From positions 12,621 through 76,620 of the forward strand of contig BQIW01000005.1 of assembly GCA_021604105.1 (NCBI GenBank): a stretch of 64,000 nucleotides of DNA, in the 5' to 3' direction. The notes under the pieces are model-generated. The model ran no database searches. It worked only from the letters and a program-made list of their open reading frames with translations, and was not told the origin of the DNA. Shown here one piece after another: positions 63,207-64,000 of the stretch; the first letter of the stretch is position 1; every line of letters starts with the position of its first letter. This stretch comes from Nitrospirales bacterium (GTDB lineage: Bacteria; Nitrospirota; Nitrospiria; Nitrospirales; UBA8639). The position numbers were made by a program, and so were the translations under genes.

Positions 63207-63251
63207 AACGGAAGGGAGATGCCTGCCATCCCGTTCCGTCCCTTACTTTTT
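63207..63251. terminator. possible bidirectional terminator between convergent genes
   Basis: ACGGAAGGGA / TCCC(G)TTCCGT stem with one bulge. A T6 run begins 7 nt after the stem on the plus strand. Confidence 0.35.
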
Positions 63252-63256
63252 TCCTT

Positions 63257-63718
63257 TCACGGGCCCGCATTAAACGATTCCGTATATACTTCCACTTGAT
63301 CGATCGCCCACCTGCCATCAGGATTCTTCAGCAGGATATACAACTCATCCTGCGGCTGATCACCCATTAGCGTGACAATATGGGCATGAACAATCACATG
63401 GGCTTCTTCTCCCACCATCTTCTCATGGGCTATTTTGGCCCGCACATATTTCAACTGTAGGCCCCGAAGATAGGGGCCTCGGATGGCAATCCATTCTTCT
63501 TTGGACACCCCCTCCCTAAAAGCCGTTGTCGTCAGCTCAGCCGCCCGTTCAATATTTCCCGGGTAGACTTCAAACCACTGTTCCACCACCTGGCGAGGTG
63601 TGGAGAAAGATGGCTCTTGAGACGCCGCTATCCCGCCACTGGCCGCGCACATGGCAATCGCTAGGCAGGTCCCTGTCCCCCAACGGAGAATCCCTCGCCC
63701 TTTGCCTTTTGACTTCAT
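63257..63718 (-). CDS. secreted hypothetical protein
   Basis: 153 aa with a GGGAGA SD and an N-terminal signal-like segment (CLAIAMCAASGG). I recognise no family. Confidence 0.5.
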   Translation of the reverse strand: MKSKGKGRGILRWGTGTCLAIAMCAASGGIAASQEPSFSTPRQVVEQWFEVYPGNIERAAELTTTAFREGVSKEEWIAIRGPYLRGLQLKYVRAKIAHEKMVGEEAHVIVHAHIVTLMGDQPQDELYILLKNPDGRWAIDQVEVYTESFNAGP

Positions 63719-64000
63719 GGTAGAGTCTCCCTTATTTGGAAAATACCCGATACCTTGAAAGAGTCCTTGGCCATATCATTGTAATTAACCTGTAGAGTCC
63801 AGAGGAAAAATCGAAATACTGTTCCAAGTTGGCATTGCCATTTCATGGCATCTCCCCTAGAGATCATTTTGTTAAAATCGAGAGTGACACGAAAATTGGT
63901 CACGCACAGAAAAAATTTAGGGCTCAATCGACATGGTACCATTAACAAACCAACCTGGATTCAATCAGCGGAAAAAACCTCGTCCCCAAGAACATCTCAC

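Noticed and set aside
63715-63948. 77-aa minus-strand ORF at the right edge, overlapping the start of the secreted hypothetical gene.
   Set aside because: Its Trp/Cys/Phe-rich composition looks random, it has no SD, and it lies in what looks like the promoter region of the downstream gene.

Overview
64-kb chromosomal window from a diderm bacterium with moderate GC by eye. I found no rRNA, tRNA, transposase, integrase or CRISPR array. Left edge (1-2.8 kb): housekeeping genes (anmK fragment, GNAT, esterase, bolA-grxD). 3.1-16.1 kb: an MSHA/T2SS-like type IV filament cluster with a pilin, a GspE/MshE-type ATPase, a GspF platform, two paralogous pilin-like proteins, GspL/M/C-like assembly proteins, a lipoprotein secretin, an ExeA/MshM ATPase and a TPR protein. 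17-21 kb: an HD-GYP phosphodiesterase and a PAS-GAF-GAF protein. Ion and inorganic-carbon-type transport genes dominate 21-63 kb. There are two SulP+NhaB gene pairs and a third, decayed SulP next to an ArsB/NhaD-type permease and a CBS protein. There is a DabA (DUF2309) gene at the head of a nine-gene Mrp-like antiporter cluster with three PF00361 subunits, and a divergent MpsC-like DUF2294 gene. A candidate LCIB-like beta-carbonic-anhydrase-fold protein, an alginate-export-type porin, a CHASE3 histidine kinase and two NtrC-family sigma54 activators are also present. Interspersed genes include priA, a DUF1111 di-haem protein, a beta-helix protein and an OmpA-like lipoprotein. Main hunt results: (1) four GG-N10-GC sigma54-type promoters, one a perfect consensus, each preceded 100-165 bp upstream by a shared 14-bp near-palindrome (GTGCGA-WW-TCGCAC). 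Together they tie sulP2-nhaB2, the LCIB-like gene, a small-peptide/DUF3365 operon and the second activator gene into one putative regulon. (2) The DabA + Mrp-like + MpsC-like arrangement, in which dabA is bracketed by two related intrinsic-terminator hairpins. (3) A NuoL-like subunit whose lateral-helix region is expanded by 3.8 tandem 27-aa repeats. (4) A PriA whose Walker A and Walker B motifs are both degenerate. All functional calls come from motif and family recognition by eye; no database search was run.
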